A program made the position numbers and the translations under genes. From a virus, in the UHGV virus genome UHGV-0045723: 44,729 bases of DNA; one strand, 5' to 3'. This document shows positions 10,119 through 20,686 of this stretch, one piece after another; positions within the stretch are counted from its first letter, which is position 1, and each line of letters starts with the position of its first letter. Under the pieces are notes generated by a model. It had not been told where the DNA came from. It saw only the letters and a list, made by a program, of their open reading frames with translations, and did not search any database.

Positions 10119-10771
10119 TTACTCCGGATATTTAAAAATTACGTAGGTATGCGACGGGCAGAGTTTGTTAAGCACACACTCGACAACGGTGTCGCCCCAG
10201 ATACGCAGCGCGGAATCACAGGGATCGCCACATGTCATCCAGGTGGTGTTTGTGGCGGCCGGCGGGCTTTTCTCCCCGTCCCTACCCCCCCCCCCCCCCC
10301 CCCCCCCCCCCCGNNNNNNNNNNNNNNNNNNNTTTTGCCCTGCCAGTAATACCGCCATTCCGGCGCATTCACCGCGTCAGTACAGGCCGATGAGCAGGTG
10401 AACGTGCTTTTGTCGTATCGCGTGATGGTAGCGTCTGGTCTGCCCAGGGCAGCAAGCTGTGCAAGATAAAAATTCTCGTTGATGCCGCCCGCCAGGTTAA
10501 CCTTCGCATCCAGCCGTTGCTGACGCTGGCGAAGGGTCTGCGTCCCTGCCGGAATACATTCATCCGGCAGACCGCACAGACGCTCCCAGCGGTTTATCAG
10601 TTCAGTGGTGGTGCGCGGATCCAGCTCCCGCATCAGGGCATCCGCACGCTGATGAACACGGGTTAATGACGGTGCCGCACCGGCAATCGCCGGATCGCTG
10701 GCTGACCACGCCGGACCGGGCGGCAACAGTGCCGATAACAGGCGGATGTAATCATCGTTTGTCACGTCCAT
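10119..10771 (-). CDS. Mu gp48 / YmfQ-like tail protein (frame broken by assembly gap)
   Basis: N-terminus [22 protein letters not shown]...; two ORF pieces (10235-10771, 10119-10358) flank the poly-C/N gap. Confidence 0.55.
10285..10332. other. Assembly gap: 28-nt poly-C followed by 19 N
   Basis: Homopolymer abutting an N-run; disrupts the reading frame of the gene below. Confidence 0.9.
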
Positions 10772-11820
10772 GAAATCGTCCCCAGTACCGCCAGTTCGTT
10801 TTTCGCAATGGAGATATTGTCCACCGGTGCAAGCAACTGATGGCTGTATTCCCCGTTCGCACCGGAAATCGCCTCACTGATACGCGATACCTTGAGTTCT
10901 CCCTGCGGATAACCATCACGCAGCAGGAACGAACGCAACTCCGCGGTAATGGCAGCCCGTATTTCTGGTGTGTCCGGCGTCACGCGGATATGAAAATCCA
11001 CCGTATGTGCCACCGGCCTGAACACATACAAATCAGAGCCTGCCACCGGGGCCAGTGGCTCGATATGTTGTCTTGCCGCCGTTTCCGTTGATTCTTCCGG
11101 AATGGGATTAATCAGGTCACTGCTGGCAATCATCACACCGACAGTTCCCGTTCCCATCCAGTGACGGTATGTCCATGCGCGGGTAATGCCGGGCACTTCT
11201 TTAGCCCAGACGACATAGTCCCCGTCAGCCCCGCCCTGCGGCGTCCAGTAATACCGCTCAATGACGCGGGCGCGCCACGTTTCCAGCTCTTCAGTATCAA
11301 ATCCGCCTGTCAGGGTGTCAGCCACACCGGAAGACGGCAGACCATTCACCGGCGTGACCAGGATTAATGCCGTACCGTCGTCAGCGTTACCGACCGCGCC
11401 TGCATTTGAGCAGGCGATCGGCACGCGCAGGACACCACCGGAGCTGGTTGCATCGGCAGTTGCAGTATACTGAACCAGGTCATCGCGCTGAATAACACTC
11501 CCGGCGGTCACCTTCAGGCCATCGCTGACACCTTCCCAGCGCATATACCCGCTGGCAGCCGTGGCCCCCTTGCGCGGACACCGTTTCATCGCAGCATGTC
11601 GCGCCAGCCAGGACTCATCGCACAGGTCAGGCAGCATGTTCATTGCCAGATAATCGATGTACCCGTAAACCGTATGCAGCGCCGCCGCATACACCTTTGC
11701 CCGCACGTCTTCATCCATGCGCCGGAGCGTGTCGCTGACGTCCAGCCTGGCGAATAAATCGTTACGGAGCATACTGATATTTTCTGCCAGCGTCGGGCGC
11801 TGAAATTCACTGTCCGCCAT
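10762..11820 (-). CDS. Baseplate J-like protein (Mu gp47-like)
   Basis: 352-aa ORF; position in Mu-like baseplate cluster. Confidence 0.8.
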   Translation of the reverse strand: MADSEFQRPTLAENISMLRNDLFARLDVSDTLRRMDEDVRAKVYAAALHTVYGYIDYLAMNMLPDLCDESWLARHAAMKRCPRKGATAASGYMRWEGVSDGLKVTAGSVIQRDDLVQYTATADATSSGGVLRVPIACSNAGAVGNADDGTALILVTPVNGLPSSGVADTLTGGFDTEELETWRARVIERYYWTPQGGADGDYVVWAKEVPGITRAWTYRHWMGTGTVGVMIASSDLINPIPEESTETAARQHIEPLAPVAGSDLYVFRPVAHTVDFHIRVTPDTPEIRAAITAELRSFLLRDGYPQGELKVSRISEAISGANGEYSHQLLAPVDNISIAKNELAVLGTISWT

Positions 11821-12235
11821 GCGTTATCGCACTCCACAGATCATCAAAAGAAATCATTACCGGTCCGTCACGACGCCAGAGAGTGATACTGTTACCCAGT
11901 TCATTAATCCCGGTGCGGCGGATATCCAGATCAATACGGGACACCACGCCGTCATCAATCATCCATTGCAGGCATTCGCGGATATACCCCCTTACCGTCA
12001 GCACCAGCTGATTGGTCAGTTTGCTGCGCTGAAGCAGCCACAGCCGGGAGCCGTAACGGTCATTCTGTACCGCAGGCCAGGTATCCCCCCACCATCCCAT
12101 CGGGACGTCGGCATTGTCATCAGGCTCCGCCCGCCGCCAGGTGAACAGGGAAATCACCACGGCGCGGGTCAGCGGATCCAGCGGTGCGCTGGCGCAGGTG
12201 CGTTTACCGTTCACCGTCAGCCACAGTTCCATCAT
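11807..12235 (-). CDS. Baseplate protein (Mu gp46-like)
   Basis: 142-aa ORF overlapping neighbours in operon. Confidence 0.7.
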   Translation of the reverse strand: MMELWLTVNGKRTCASAPLDPLTRAVVISLFTWRRAEPDDNADVPMGWWGDTWPAVQNDRYGSRLWLLQRSKLTNQLVLTVRGYIRECLQWMIDDGVVSRIDLDIRRTGINELGNSITLWRRDGPVMISFDDLWSAITHGGQ

Positions 12236-12780
12236 GCCTCCATCGCTTTATCAGGTTTGTCGGTGTTACTGCCCTGACCGTTCTCTCTGTGACGATGCCC
12301 GTTATAGGCAAGCCGCATCGCTGACATGGTGGTGCCGCCGGAGTCGCACAGGTCTTTCACCTGTCCGGTCACTTCCAGGTCCATTTCAAAACGTGCTCTG
12401 GGCGCATTGCGAAACGTGATCGTTTTACCTGCACCGTCCACCACGATCCCCTCCCGGGTCAGCGTCACGGACTGCCCCTGATCGTCATAGACAGCCACCT
12501 CCCCCGTTTGCAGCCCTTTCAGGCGGTAGCGACGGTCCGACACCGTAACAACCACCGCATGAGAACGGTCGCCATCCGGAAACAACACCACCGCTTCCGC
12601 ACCGCTGTTTGCCCTTGCGGTAAAACCGTAGGGTTCAAGATGTTCAACCCCGGCTTTGGGTTCACCGGCAATCAGGGACACATCCACGGTCTGACATTTC
12701 GTGGCGGCACTGATGCTTTTCACCACGGCCCGCCCAATCAGGCCGAGGAGTTGTCGCTGCATGGCTTCAATCGTCCTCAT
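12232..12780 (-). CDS. Baseplate assembly/spike protein V-like (Mu gp45-like)
   Basis: 182-aa ORF; position in Mu-like baseplate cluster. Confidence 0.75.
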   Translation of the reverse strand: MRTIEAMQRQLLGLIGRAVVKSISAATKCQTVDVSLIAGEPKAGVEHLEPYGFTARANSGAEAVVLFPDGDRSHAVVVTVSDRRYRLKGLQTGEVAVYDDQGQSVTLTREGIVVDGAGKTITFRNAPRARFEMDLEVTGQVKDLCDSGGTTMSAMRLAYNGHRHRENGQGSNTDKPDKAMEA

Positions 12781-13859
12781 CAGAACGGTTCCTCCTGTAC
12801 TCTGGCTTTTTTCTTTTTCCGCGCGCCGGGGGCTTCGGGTTCAGGCAGATAAGCATCAGGTGGGCCGACACGGATTTCCGTCAGGGTGCCGTTCTGGTCC
12901 TGAGTAAACGTGACTTCCGAGACAAGCAGTTCGGTATTGTCGAAACCACAGACCGGATCGAAGACAATCACCCGCTGGTTGGGCTGCCACAGCGTACCGT
13001 TATCCTGTCGCCAGCCCTGAACCACATAGGTGGTTTCATCCGTCCGCGCCGCCCGTTGTCGGGCTTCAAAGTCCGCACGGGCAATACAGCCTGCCCCCGT
13101 AGCCTGCCCTGTCTGCCTGATATACATCGGACGGTAACGGGCAATAAATGCGTCCTCTGTGCGGGCCCGCAGCGCGGTGGTGGTGGCCTCACCGAAATCA
13201 TCGTCGTTTCCGGCACGCTGCCCCGCCACCTGGTAAACAGAAAACCGCTCCCGGATACTCTTCTCCGTATCGCAGGAAAGGATGTTTTCCCCGAGTACCA
13301 GCGCAGTATGTGCCCGCGTTGAGCCAATACCGCCAATCACCAGCCTGCCGTGCGGGTCGTCGTAAGCCAGTGCCTGCTGCTGACCGAGTATTTTGTTGAT
13401 TACCTCAATCACCGTTTCACCGTGATCAGGCTGGACATCAGGAATAACACCCGACGGCGCACCGTTGTTCACCACCTCAATGCCGAAAGGCGCAGCAAGC
13501 ACCTGCGCAATCTGTACCAGCGATCGTCCGTTAAACTGTGTCGGTTCGGCTGCACAGTCAATCAGGTCAGCGGTCAGACTGCGTCCGGCAATACCGGTGC
13601 TGACCGAACGGGCATCGTAACGAACGGGCGTCGCCTCCACCCAGCCGGTGATCACCAGCTCATCACCAATCAGCACCTCCACTTTTGAACCGTTTTTAAT
13701 GCGCGGCTGAAGCGTGGTAATACCCTCATCTCCCGGCCACTGGCGGGTGATCTCCACACTGAAATCCCGCGCCAGCCGTTCAATACCGGCACCGATGCGC
13801 ACCGATGTCCAGCCATTCCACTCCCGGCCATTTACCCGTAGCGTGACATTGTCGTTCAT
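12780..13859 (-). CDS. Tail/baseplate hub protein (Mu P / gp44-like)
   Basis: 359-aa ORF between gpV-like and DNA circulation genes. Confidence 0.7.
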   Translation of the reverse strand: MNDNVTLRVNGREWNGWTSVRIGAGIERLARDFSVEITRQWPGDEGITTLQPRIKNGSKVEVLIGDELVITGWVEATPVRYDARSVSTGIAGRSLTADLIDCAAEPTQFNGRSLVQIAQVLAAPFGIEVVNNGAPSGVIPDVQPDHGETVIEVINKILGQQQALAYDDPHGRLVIGGIGSTRAHTALVLGENILSCDTEKSIRERFSVYQVAGQRAGNDDDFGEATTTALRARTEDAFIARYRPMYIRQTGQATGAGCIARADFEARQRAARTDETTYVVQGWRQDNGTLWQPNQRVIVFDPVCGFDNTELLVSEVTFTQDQNGTLTEIRVGPPDAYLPEPEAPGARKKKKARVQEEPF

Positions 13860-15190
13860 TGCACTGGCACCTTCAGAGGGATCACCGGCACAAAGCCGGG
13901 ATGCGTAATGGCATTACGCCGGATAATGTCCGCGTCACGCGCCGCGTTATCAAACCAGGTCGCCGCCAGCACCAGCGCGGGTAAAACCTCATCCGGTGTG
14001 CGCTGAATGATCCGTGCAGACTGTTCAAGGCGCGTGTTGATATCCGCATTCAGATCTGCTTTCACCCGGCGCAGCGCCAGAAACAGCGCATCACTGGTTG
14101 TACGGGACAATTCCTTATCAATTGCCGTATTCAGTGTGTCGCGAATGTCAGTCAGTTCTTCCCACGTCGGCAGGTCAACCGTGTTTTTCACCGCCGGTGC
14201 ATTGTTCAGTGCCGGATGCGTGACGGAAGGCCAGCCAGTGCTCTGCGCAGGTGTTGTTGCCTGCCCCACTGCGGAATTCTGCATCACCGCGGAAGTTGTT
14301 GGCGCAGGCAATCGGGTGACGGCATACGCCGCTTCGCTGATTGCGGTCGTACGAAGGGTGCTGGCAACCACGTTACGCTGCTGCGTCGCCGTGGCGGTGG
14401 TTTTACTGTCCGTTTTCCAGACGCCGCGCGGTTGCAGATCGCTGCCGAGGCTGACACCGGAAAGCGTTTTGATCATGGTGACCAGGTCGCTGGCGTTACC
14501 ATAAAGGCGTTTCCCGGTACGCCACATTTTCTGCACCTGCTCAACGAAATTTTTGCCTGACGATGGCGGCGGCAGAAGTACCGAGATATCCCCCTGCAAC
14601 AGCCTGGCGGCATCCGATACGGCAGAATCCACCACTTTCATCGCATCAGAAACATACCCCAGCATTATGCTGGCATTACCGATAACATCGTTCTGCACGA
14701 AATCCGCCACACCATCGATACTGAAACCGCTGAAGCTGTCACTGATGCAGTCATCCAGTGCAGAACAGGATGACATCAGCGTCTGCGCCGTCGCCGCACC
14801 TGATGTGGGGTAAGAGAGTTCTCCTGCTTCGACAAACTTCAGGTCAAAGCGGACAATACGCCCTTCATTTTTCGATGTGCTGACCCGAACTTCCCCGTCA
14901 ACACAGACTTTCAGCTCACCATATGTCGGGTGGACCAGCGTGCCGGGACCGGGTTTATTCAGCGCGTCAATCAGGCGATCGCGCTGGTCAAAGCAGTCAT
15001 CTCCCACCACATAAGCTGTGATGGACGGGCGGAAAGTGACTTTTCCCAGATCTTCGGTATAGGGCTTGTCGCGGTTCGGGTATTCATGTGTTTCCACACG
15101 GCGACCGGTTCCCGCACTTTCTTCTTCAACCTTAAACGGCACACCTCGAAATGACGCATCCTGAAGCCTGTCTTTCCACGTCATATACAC
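13856..15190 (-). CDS. DNA circulation protein (Mu N / gp43-like)
   Basis: 444-aa ORF, N-terminus MYMTWKDRLQDASFRGVPFKVEE; follows tape measure in Mu-like order. Confidence 0.8.
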   Translation of the reverse strand: MYMTWKDRLQDASFRGVPFKVEEESAGTGRRVETHEYPNRDKPYTEDLGKVTFRPSITAYVVGDDCFDQRDRLIDALNKPGPGTLVHPTYGELKVCVDGEVRVSTSKNEGRIVRFDLKFVEAGELSYPTSGAATAQTLMSSCSALDDCISDSFSGFSIDGVADFVQNDVIGNASIMLGYVSDAMKVVDSAVSDAARLLQGDISVLLPPPSSGKNFVEQVQKMWRTGKRLYGNASDLVTMIKTLSGVSLGSDLQPRGVWKTDSKTTATATQQRNVVASTLRTTAISEAAYAVTRLPAPTTSAVMQNSAVGQATTPAQSTGWPSVTHPALNNAPAVKNTVDLPTWEELTDIRDTLNTAIDKELSRTTSDALFLALRRVKADLNADINTRLEQSARIIQRTPDEVLPALVLAATWFDNAARDADIIRRNAITHPGFVPVIPLKVPVQ

Positions 15191-15194
15191 TCCG

Positions 15195-15226
15195 AAAATA
15201 AAAAAGCCACCTATTAGAAGGTGGCC
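15195..15226 (-). terminator. Rho-independent terminator after tail moron
   Basis: Minus-strand GGCCACC-ttctaata-GGTGGC hairpin followed by TTTTTTATTTT. Confidence 0.6.
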
Positions 15227-15245
15227 TTGTAATGAATTTTATTAA

Positions 15246-15776
15246 TTAGCGAGTCAGAAACAACGAATCTTTATACTTTTGCTGTTGTTCATTTAAATAC
15301 TTAGCTGTTTCATCGCTGGCAAATGGAAATATTACCGTATTTTTAGGCATGGTAATTTCTTTTTTGTCCAGCGTCAGAGTAAACATAGGAACATACTGAG
15401 CAGAGTAACGCACCGCAGAAACGAGCTCTAGTTTAGACTCTTCAATAACACTTAAATTATCCAGGCTAACTTTCTCTTCATCTTTTTTCTTTGACGCATT
15501 TAAAGTTTTTATTACTTTATTTAATTTCTCCTGAAAATCCTCCTTAAAGTTTTCAGGATTGCCGTCGACAACAAGAATCTGTTCACCCTGATTATCTGGA
15601 AAAATAATCTTTGCACTTATCAATTTATTTTCTTTATAAACATCACCAAGTTTTATGGCTCCTCCAGATAACTGAATAATATGTTCATCTTTAAAGGAGA
15701 TGTTGCCAGAGATTATGAGAGATGAAAAAATAGCCGCTACTCCAAGAATTACACTTGCTGTGATATAGCCTTTCAT
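15246..15776 (-). CDS. Moron: membrane-anchored or secreted protein of unknown function
   Basis: 176-aa ORF in AT-rich DNA between tape-measure and DNA-circulation genes; N-terminal hydrophobic segment ITASVILGVAAIFSSLIISG; own terminator. Confidence 0.6.
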   Translation of the reverse strand: MKGYITASVILGVAAIFSSLIISGNISFKDEHIIQLSGGAIKLGDVYKENKLISAKIIFPDNQGEQILVVDGNPENFKEDFQEKLNKVIKTLNASKKKDEEKVSLDNLSVIEESKLELVSAVRYSAQYVPMFTLTLDKKEITMPKNTVIFPFASDETAKYLNEQQQKYKDSLFLTR

Positions 15777-15867
15777 TTTTCGCCTATTAACATTTTTCTA
15801 AATGTGCATTAATTCTATCACTCTATTTATGACTTACAACCAGCAATACATGTGAGGGGAATCCTGG

Positions 15868-17700
15868 CTACCAAAATCGGGTATAGCCAACATCGTGATT
15901 TATATCAATGCCACTGGAGCGTGTTTCCGTAACCCGCATACCTGGTGGCATATTTATAAATGATACCTTGATCTCACCATCAACTTTTGGCGCGGTAGCT
16001 TTATTAATCATGAAGGGATTCGAGCCTGTGGCATCGGAGGCGTTGTTTGCCTGAGCCGGATCCACCGCCGGATAAGGAGTGTATCCCCGTGCCGGTATTC
16101 CCGTCCCATAAGCATCATAAGCACCCGCGCCCCACTGCGCAGAGTTAATGGCATCGACCGTGTCACCGGAACTGTCGGTAAACCACTCAATAATTGGCTT
16201 CAGCTTGTCCCACATATCCTGAAACCACTTAACAACCGGTCCCCAGTTATTGATTACCATCCCCAGCGGCGACCAGGCAAAAACCTTCTTCAGAAGTTCC
16301 CAGCCAGCCTCAAAATAAGGACCAATGGTTTCCCAGAGCTTCTTGAAATAAGGTCCGACAACATCCCAATTAGTGATAATTAATCCCGCAGCCAGGGCTA
16401 TCGCCGTCGCAATCATTCCAATCGGCGTCATCGACATGATCCTGCTGACAATACTGATGGCACCGCCAACGCCCATCAATCCCAGTTTCAGAATCGCAAG
16501 ACCGGCAGCAAGCCCGACGACGCCGCGAATAACCCGGGGATTTTCATCCGCAAACTTCGTGAATTTCTCCCCCAACTCCCCCAGCCATTGCGTGATATTT
16601 TTGGCGTCACCAGAAAATGCGCCGCCAATAGCCGCAAGGCCGTTAGTTGCGGTCCCTGTCATTGCCTCCCACAGGTTGGACAGCGTACCAAGCTGTGCCT
16701 GAACACGTTTATTCAGGCTGGCCTGTTTATTCATCTTCTGCTGGATCTGATCGTAGCCATCCTTTCCTTTATCGATTAGTGCATTGACCACCTGAAGGGT
16801 TTCGGCATCATCACCAAATATTGCCTTAAGTACACCGGTTCGCTTAACGTCGGTCAGTTTTCGCAGCTTTGCCAGTTGCCTGAACATGTTATCAAGACCG
16901 CCAAAACTCCCTTTGCCATCAGTAAAATCGAGCTGTACCCCGAGTTTCTGGCGGGCCATGACTTTATTGACGTCCCTGATTTTCTTAACGCTTAATCCGG
17001 ACTGGATAACTTTTCGCAGGGCATTACCTGCCGACTCCCCGTTCATCCCCATCTGATCCATCATGACGCTGATGGGGGCAAGGCTCTGTGCAGCCTGAAG
17101 ACCGTCCTTGTTCACCATCTTCAGAACAGAACTGGTTTTAGTGAAGAAGGACAACATGTTGGTATCGTCAACGCCCAGATAAAACGCCTTCTGGATAGTG
17201 TCGAACAGCCCCATCATGTCTTCTGACGCCGTTCCGGTAGCATCCTGCATCTTTGCAGCAAACTCAGCAGCCGCTTCCGGTGTTTTTTTCAGTTGTACCG
17301 CAAGATAAGCTGTCGCTTTACCCACACCACCCAGAATGTTTTCTGCCGGGATCCCCTGACGCACCAGCATCTGCATCATGTTCTGGAAATCAGCCGTTGT
17401 ACCGGGTAGCTGGTTACCCAGGCCAATAGCCAGTTTATTGATGTCCTGAAAGCTCTTTCCAACCTCGCCGTTCGCATCCATCATGGCGACTTTCAGCCCG
17501 GTGGCGGCGTTTTCCTGATCGGCATAAGATTTCAGGGAAAGCGTCAGACCCGCTGCCAGTCCGCCACCAAGCGCCAGCCCACCCTGTGACGCTTCTTCCG
17601 CCTGGCGTTTAAATCCCCGGATTTTCTTTTGCATTTTCGACAGCGCGGGAGAAAGCCTGTCGACACCGGTGATCAACGCCTTAAGCTCAAATTCCGCCAT
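15868..17700 (-). CDS. Tail tape measure protein
   Basis: 610-aa ORF, Gly/Ala-rich with hydrophobic central segments; position after chaperone. Confidence 0.85.
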   Translation of the reverse strand: MAEFELKALITGVDRLSPALSKMQKKIRGFKRQAEEASQGGLALGGGLAAGLTLSLKSYADQENAATGLKVAMMDANGEVGKSFQDINKLAIGLGNQLPGTTADFQNMMQMLVRQGIPAENILGGVGKATAYLAVQLKKTPEAAAEFAAKMQDATGTASEDMMGLFDTIQKAFYLGVDDTNMLSFFTKTSSVLKMVNKDGLQAAQSLAPISVMMDQMGMNGESAGNALRKVIQSGLSVKKIRDVNKVMARQKLGVQLDFTDGKGSFGGLDNMFRQLAKLRKLTDVKRTGVLKAIFGDDAETLQVVNALIDKGKDGYDQIQQKMNKQASLNKRVQAQLGTLSNLWEAMTGTATNGLAAIGGAFSGDAKNITQWLGELGEKFTKFADENPRVIRGVVGLAAGLAILKLGLMGVGGAISIVSRIMSMTPIGMIATAIALAAGLIITNWDVVGPYFKKLWETIGPYFEAGWELLKKVFAWSPLGMVINNWGPVVKWFQDMWDKLKPIIEWFTDSSGDTVDAINSAQWGAGAYDAYGTGIPARGYTPYPAVDPAQANNASDATGSNPFMINKATAPKVDGEIKVSFINMPPGMRVTETRSSGIDINHDVGYTRFW

Positions 17701-17875
17701 GTGCGCGTTTCTCCTGCTCTATCCTGTTTGCCTGACTGACCAGCAAGGGAATTTCACTGATCGGCATATTCAGCAATTCGAAGGGATTAATGCGCCAGTA
17801 GCTGGCGCAGTCAAAGAAGCGATCAGTGAGGTATTCAGCCGTCAGGCCTGGAGGAAAAAACCAGCCACAAGCCAC
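17687..17875 (-). CDS. Tail assembly chaperone -1 frameshift extension (GT-like)
   Basis: Overlapping -1 frame ORF entered at the slippery heptamer; runs to the tape-measure start. Confidence 0.5.
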   Translation of the reverse strand: MACGWFFPPGLTAEYLTDRFFDCASYWRINPFELLNMPISEIPLLVSQANRIEQEKRAHGGI

Positions 17876-18111
17876 GCCGCTGCATTCAGGTCTGCCGGAG
17901 ACATCTGGTCGACAGAGCTTTGCGGCACTTTCGCCAGCCGCACAATGTATTTCGATACAACATGCGCCAGAAGTCTGACGGACTCATCCTGATTCATCTG
18001 GTAGGGATACCCCAGCTCGCGGACATCTTTCCCGGTGGGCTCATCAAACTCCAGTACGGAGAGTGTCTCGCCATGAGCGGTAATCGGTTTCTTTAACTCA
18101 AGCTCTTTCAT
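17842..18111 (-). CDS. Tail assembly chaperone (G-like)
   Basis: 89-aa ORF between tube and tape measure; ends just after a TTTTTTC slippery heptamer. Confidence 0.7.
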   Translation of the reverse strand: MKELELKKPITAHGETLSVLEFDEPTGKDVRELGYPYQMNQDESVRLLAHVVSKYIVRLAKVPQSSVDQMSPADLNAAAWLVAGFFLQA

Positions 18112-18467
18112 TACTGGTAATCCCCTTCTTCACCGTGGAACTCAAGATCAACCGTGCCTTCTTCGGCATTATGGTTCGCTTCGCCGTGCAGCCAGGCTGA
18201 CGACAATACATAGACCTGACCGTTCGCCAGCTCAGCAGTGATGGTCATCTCATCAGACGAGGTGATTTTGTTCACCGGAAAATTCTTCGGCACCTTGAAA
18301 GTCCCTTTGACATAAGGCGCACGGTGAGTTTCCTTGCGGTCCACTGAACCGTCCAGGCCGATGATGTCATCATTGACCGTCCTGTTCATGGGCACCTCAA
18401 TGCCGCCGGTCAGCGATAGCTGTTGACCGTCAATTTTGAAATAACAGGTTCCCCCGATACGGGCCAT
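18111..18467 (-). CDS. Tail tube protein (Mu M-like)
   Basis: 118-aa ORF directly downstream of sheath gene. Confidence 0.8.
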   Translation of the reverse strand: MARIGGTCYFKIDGQQLSLTGGIEVPMNRTVNDDIIGLDGSVDRKETHRAPYVKGTFKVPKNFPVNKITSSDEMTITAELANGQVYVLSSAWLHGEANHNAEEGTVDLEFHGEEGDYQ

Positions 18468-19963
18468 TATGCAGACTCCTCTGAATACTGAAGACGGAAC
18501 TGGTTAACCACGGCAAAGACACGCAACTGGTTAACATAGTCAGGCGGGAACAGCGTGTTCAGGCGGTTCGGATCGCTGGCATCACGCTCCACAACCAGGT
18601 ACTGCTTAAACAGTTCGTAGTTTTCCACGATCCCCGCACGCTCAAGCTGACGGTAGGTTGCCAGCAGTTCCCCTTTGATCACCGCCGGTGTGACAATCGC
18701 CTGACCGGGACCAAAGCGGGTACCGTCGCTGGCAAGCTTGTGACGCCCGTACTTACTGGTAATGACGGATTTCAGTTTGCGCAGCACATACGCGCTGGTA
18801 TGCAGCGTCTCGCTGTCGAGGTAGCTGTTATCCGCAACACCGTAAGCGTTTTTCCTGTACGTGGTGACATCACGCTGAATGCGCAGCACCCCGCTTTCGA
18901 CATACGCCGTTGCCACGCCATGAGACAGCAGGGTCTGTTGTTCGGTCATCGTGAACCGTTTCCCCTTCGGCGCAGGCAGCATACCCACCAGCTCACCGGT
19001 CTGTGTGGGACGTGCCGGATCGTTGCGAATAAACACCGCTGCGCGGGCGGTACGGCTTGCCGCCAGCTCGTCGGCAGGCGTCTGGGTCTCTTTTTCGTAT
19101 CCCGCCAGGGTAATATGCTGCTGGTTAAACTGGTCACCTGCGGTCACCAGTTCTGACAGCGTGCCGATCTTTGCCGTATACACATGACCATACAGCTGAC
19201 GCGCATAGCTCCAGCGACCGCTGGTATCGTTCATCTCGGTCACCAGCGTGTTAACGGAGGCCGTGTCGTTGAACGGCAGGCCGATATAATCAAACGGCTC
19301 ATCCGCCATTGCAGCCACCGCGCCGGTGAGAACCGGAGCACCCGTTCCGGCGGTACCCGTCGCCACGGCAATCTGTACGCCCGCTGGCAGCACTTCGCCC
19401 CCACCAAAGCCGTAGTAATTGAGGCTGACAGGAATTTCATTCCCGCAAAGCCCCTTATGACGCGCGGTCAGTGTGACCACGCCTGCCGATGATGAAGCCG
19501 TAAACGGCAGGGCCGGAACGGCATTGATGGCATCTTTGATACTGCTGGCAATCGTCGTGACGTTATCGCCGTTGGTCACCGGAGCCTGCACGCGGGTACG
19601 TCCCACATAGACATTCACCGTGCCGGTTTCGGTTGCCGCCCCGGTCACCGTCAGCGTAACCGTTGCCGCCGCGCCTGTGGATTCAGGAACGGCAATCACA
19701 TACAGCTCACCAAACGGGTCGGTCTGGCGATAAGCCTCGACCATACGCGCCAGCTGACTTCCCGCACCACAAATCTGGCGTGCATAGTCTGCCGACGGCA
19801 TCAGTACCAGACTGTTGGCAACAATCTCTGCACCGTTATTGGCATGACCAATCAGCAGCGATGCTCCGCTGTCCTGTGCAGTATTCGCCGCCGAGTTATC
19901 CATTTCCGCATAAAACAACGGAACCAGCGTATTCGACGGAATGGTGTTAAAGCTTATCGTCAT
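18467..19963 (-). CDS. Contractile tail sheath protein (Mu L-like)
   Basis: 498-aa ORF; size and position typical. Confidence 0.85.
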   Translation of the reverse strand: MTISFNTIPSNTLVPLFYAEMDNSAANTAQDSGASLLIGHANNGAEIVANSLVLMPSADYARQICGAGSQLARMVEAYRQTDPFGELYVIAVPESTGAAATVTLTVTGAATETGTVNVYVGRTRVQAPVTNGDNVTTIASSIKDAINAVPALPFTASSSAGVVTLTARHKGLCGNEIPVSLNYYGFGGGEVLPAGVQIAVATGTAGTGAPVLTGAVAAMADEPFDYIGLPFNDTASVNTLVTEMNDTSGRWSYARQLYGHVYTAKIGTLSELVTAGDQFNQQHITLAGYEKETQTPADELAASRTARAAVFIRNDPARPTQTGELVGMLPAPKGKRFTMTEQQTLLSHGVATAYVESGVLRIQRDVTTYRKNAYGVADNSYLDSETLHTSAYVLRKLKSVITSKYGRHKLASDGTRFGPGQAIVTPAVIKGELLATYRQLERAGIVENYELFKQYLVVERDASDPNRLNTLFPPDYVNQLRVFAVVNQFRLQYSEESA

Positions 19964-20125
19964 CGGTATTCACCTTTTTATTCACGCGCCGGATATCACC
20001 CGCTGCTTCACGGCGCAGCCAGTAGTTGTTCTCGTCAACATTTCGCCCTTCGGCGGGCAAAAGGTCGCCGCGGGCAGGGTCAGGAACTGACCGCCCTTTA
20101 ACAGGTTTCACAAACATGAAGATTC

Positions 20126-20686
20126 TCAGGAAGGAAGGGTTATTTCGGTGTGATGTTCGATATCGCCGTCAGGCCCGTTACCGGGATCGAGATAATCAAC
20201 ATCAATCGCCAGCGTTCGCAGTTCATCCAGACTGTTCAGGTCATCCTGCTGGCGGGTATCGTCTTCAGTCAGCTCGCTGATGACCGAAAAATCGAACTGA
20301 TAAATCAGCTCATGACGATTCAGATCCAGCAGCGTGCCGCCGTCATAGGTAATCGGGTTACCGCACGCCTCCGGGTTCCAGCCCAGCAGAGCCTTAAAGA
20401 GCATCTGCCGGACATCGTCCACCACATCATACGAGGCAAACTGACCGCGCTCATCACGCCCGTTACTCAGTATGACAACCACGGAGAAACCCTCTTTCAG
20501 CTCCTGCCAGTAGTCGGTCTGGCTTTTGTTTTCTCCCGGAGAATCATCACCCGGTACAACATATGCCGCCGGGAGTTTCAGCTTTCCGACCTCCGGCAGA
20601 TTTTTGAACTGGGCCGCGCCTGCAACCCGGTTTTCAAAATACGGACAGCGGGCACGCAGTGCAGCAATAACAGGCGTCAGTTTCAT
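20126..20686 (-). CDS. Virion/tail-completion protein (Mu gp37-like)
   Basis: 186-aa acidic ORF between head-tail joining genes and sheath. Confidence 0.5.
   Translation of the reverse strand: MKLTPVIAALRARCPYFENRVAGAAQFKNLPEVGKLKLPAAYVVPGDDSPGENKSQTDYWQELKEGFSVVVILSNGRDERGQFASYDVVDDVRQMLFKALLGWNPEACGNPITYDGGTLLDLNRHELIYQFDFSVISELTEDDTRQQDDLNSLDELRTLAIDVDYLDPGNGPDGDIEHHTEITLPS

Noticed and set aside
10285-10313. Poly-C tract as a phase-variable contingency locus
   Set aside because: It directly abuts an N-run, so it is more likely an assembly or sequencing artefact.
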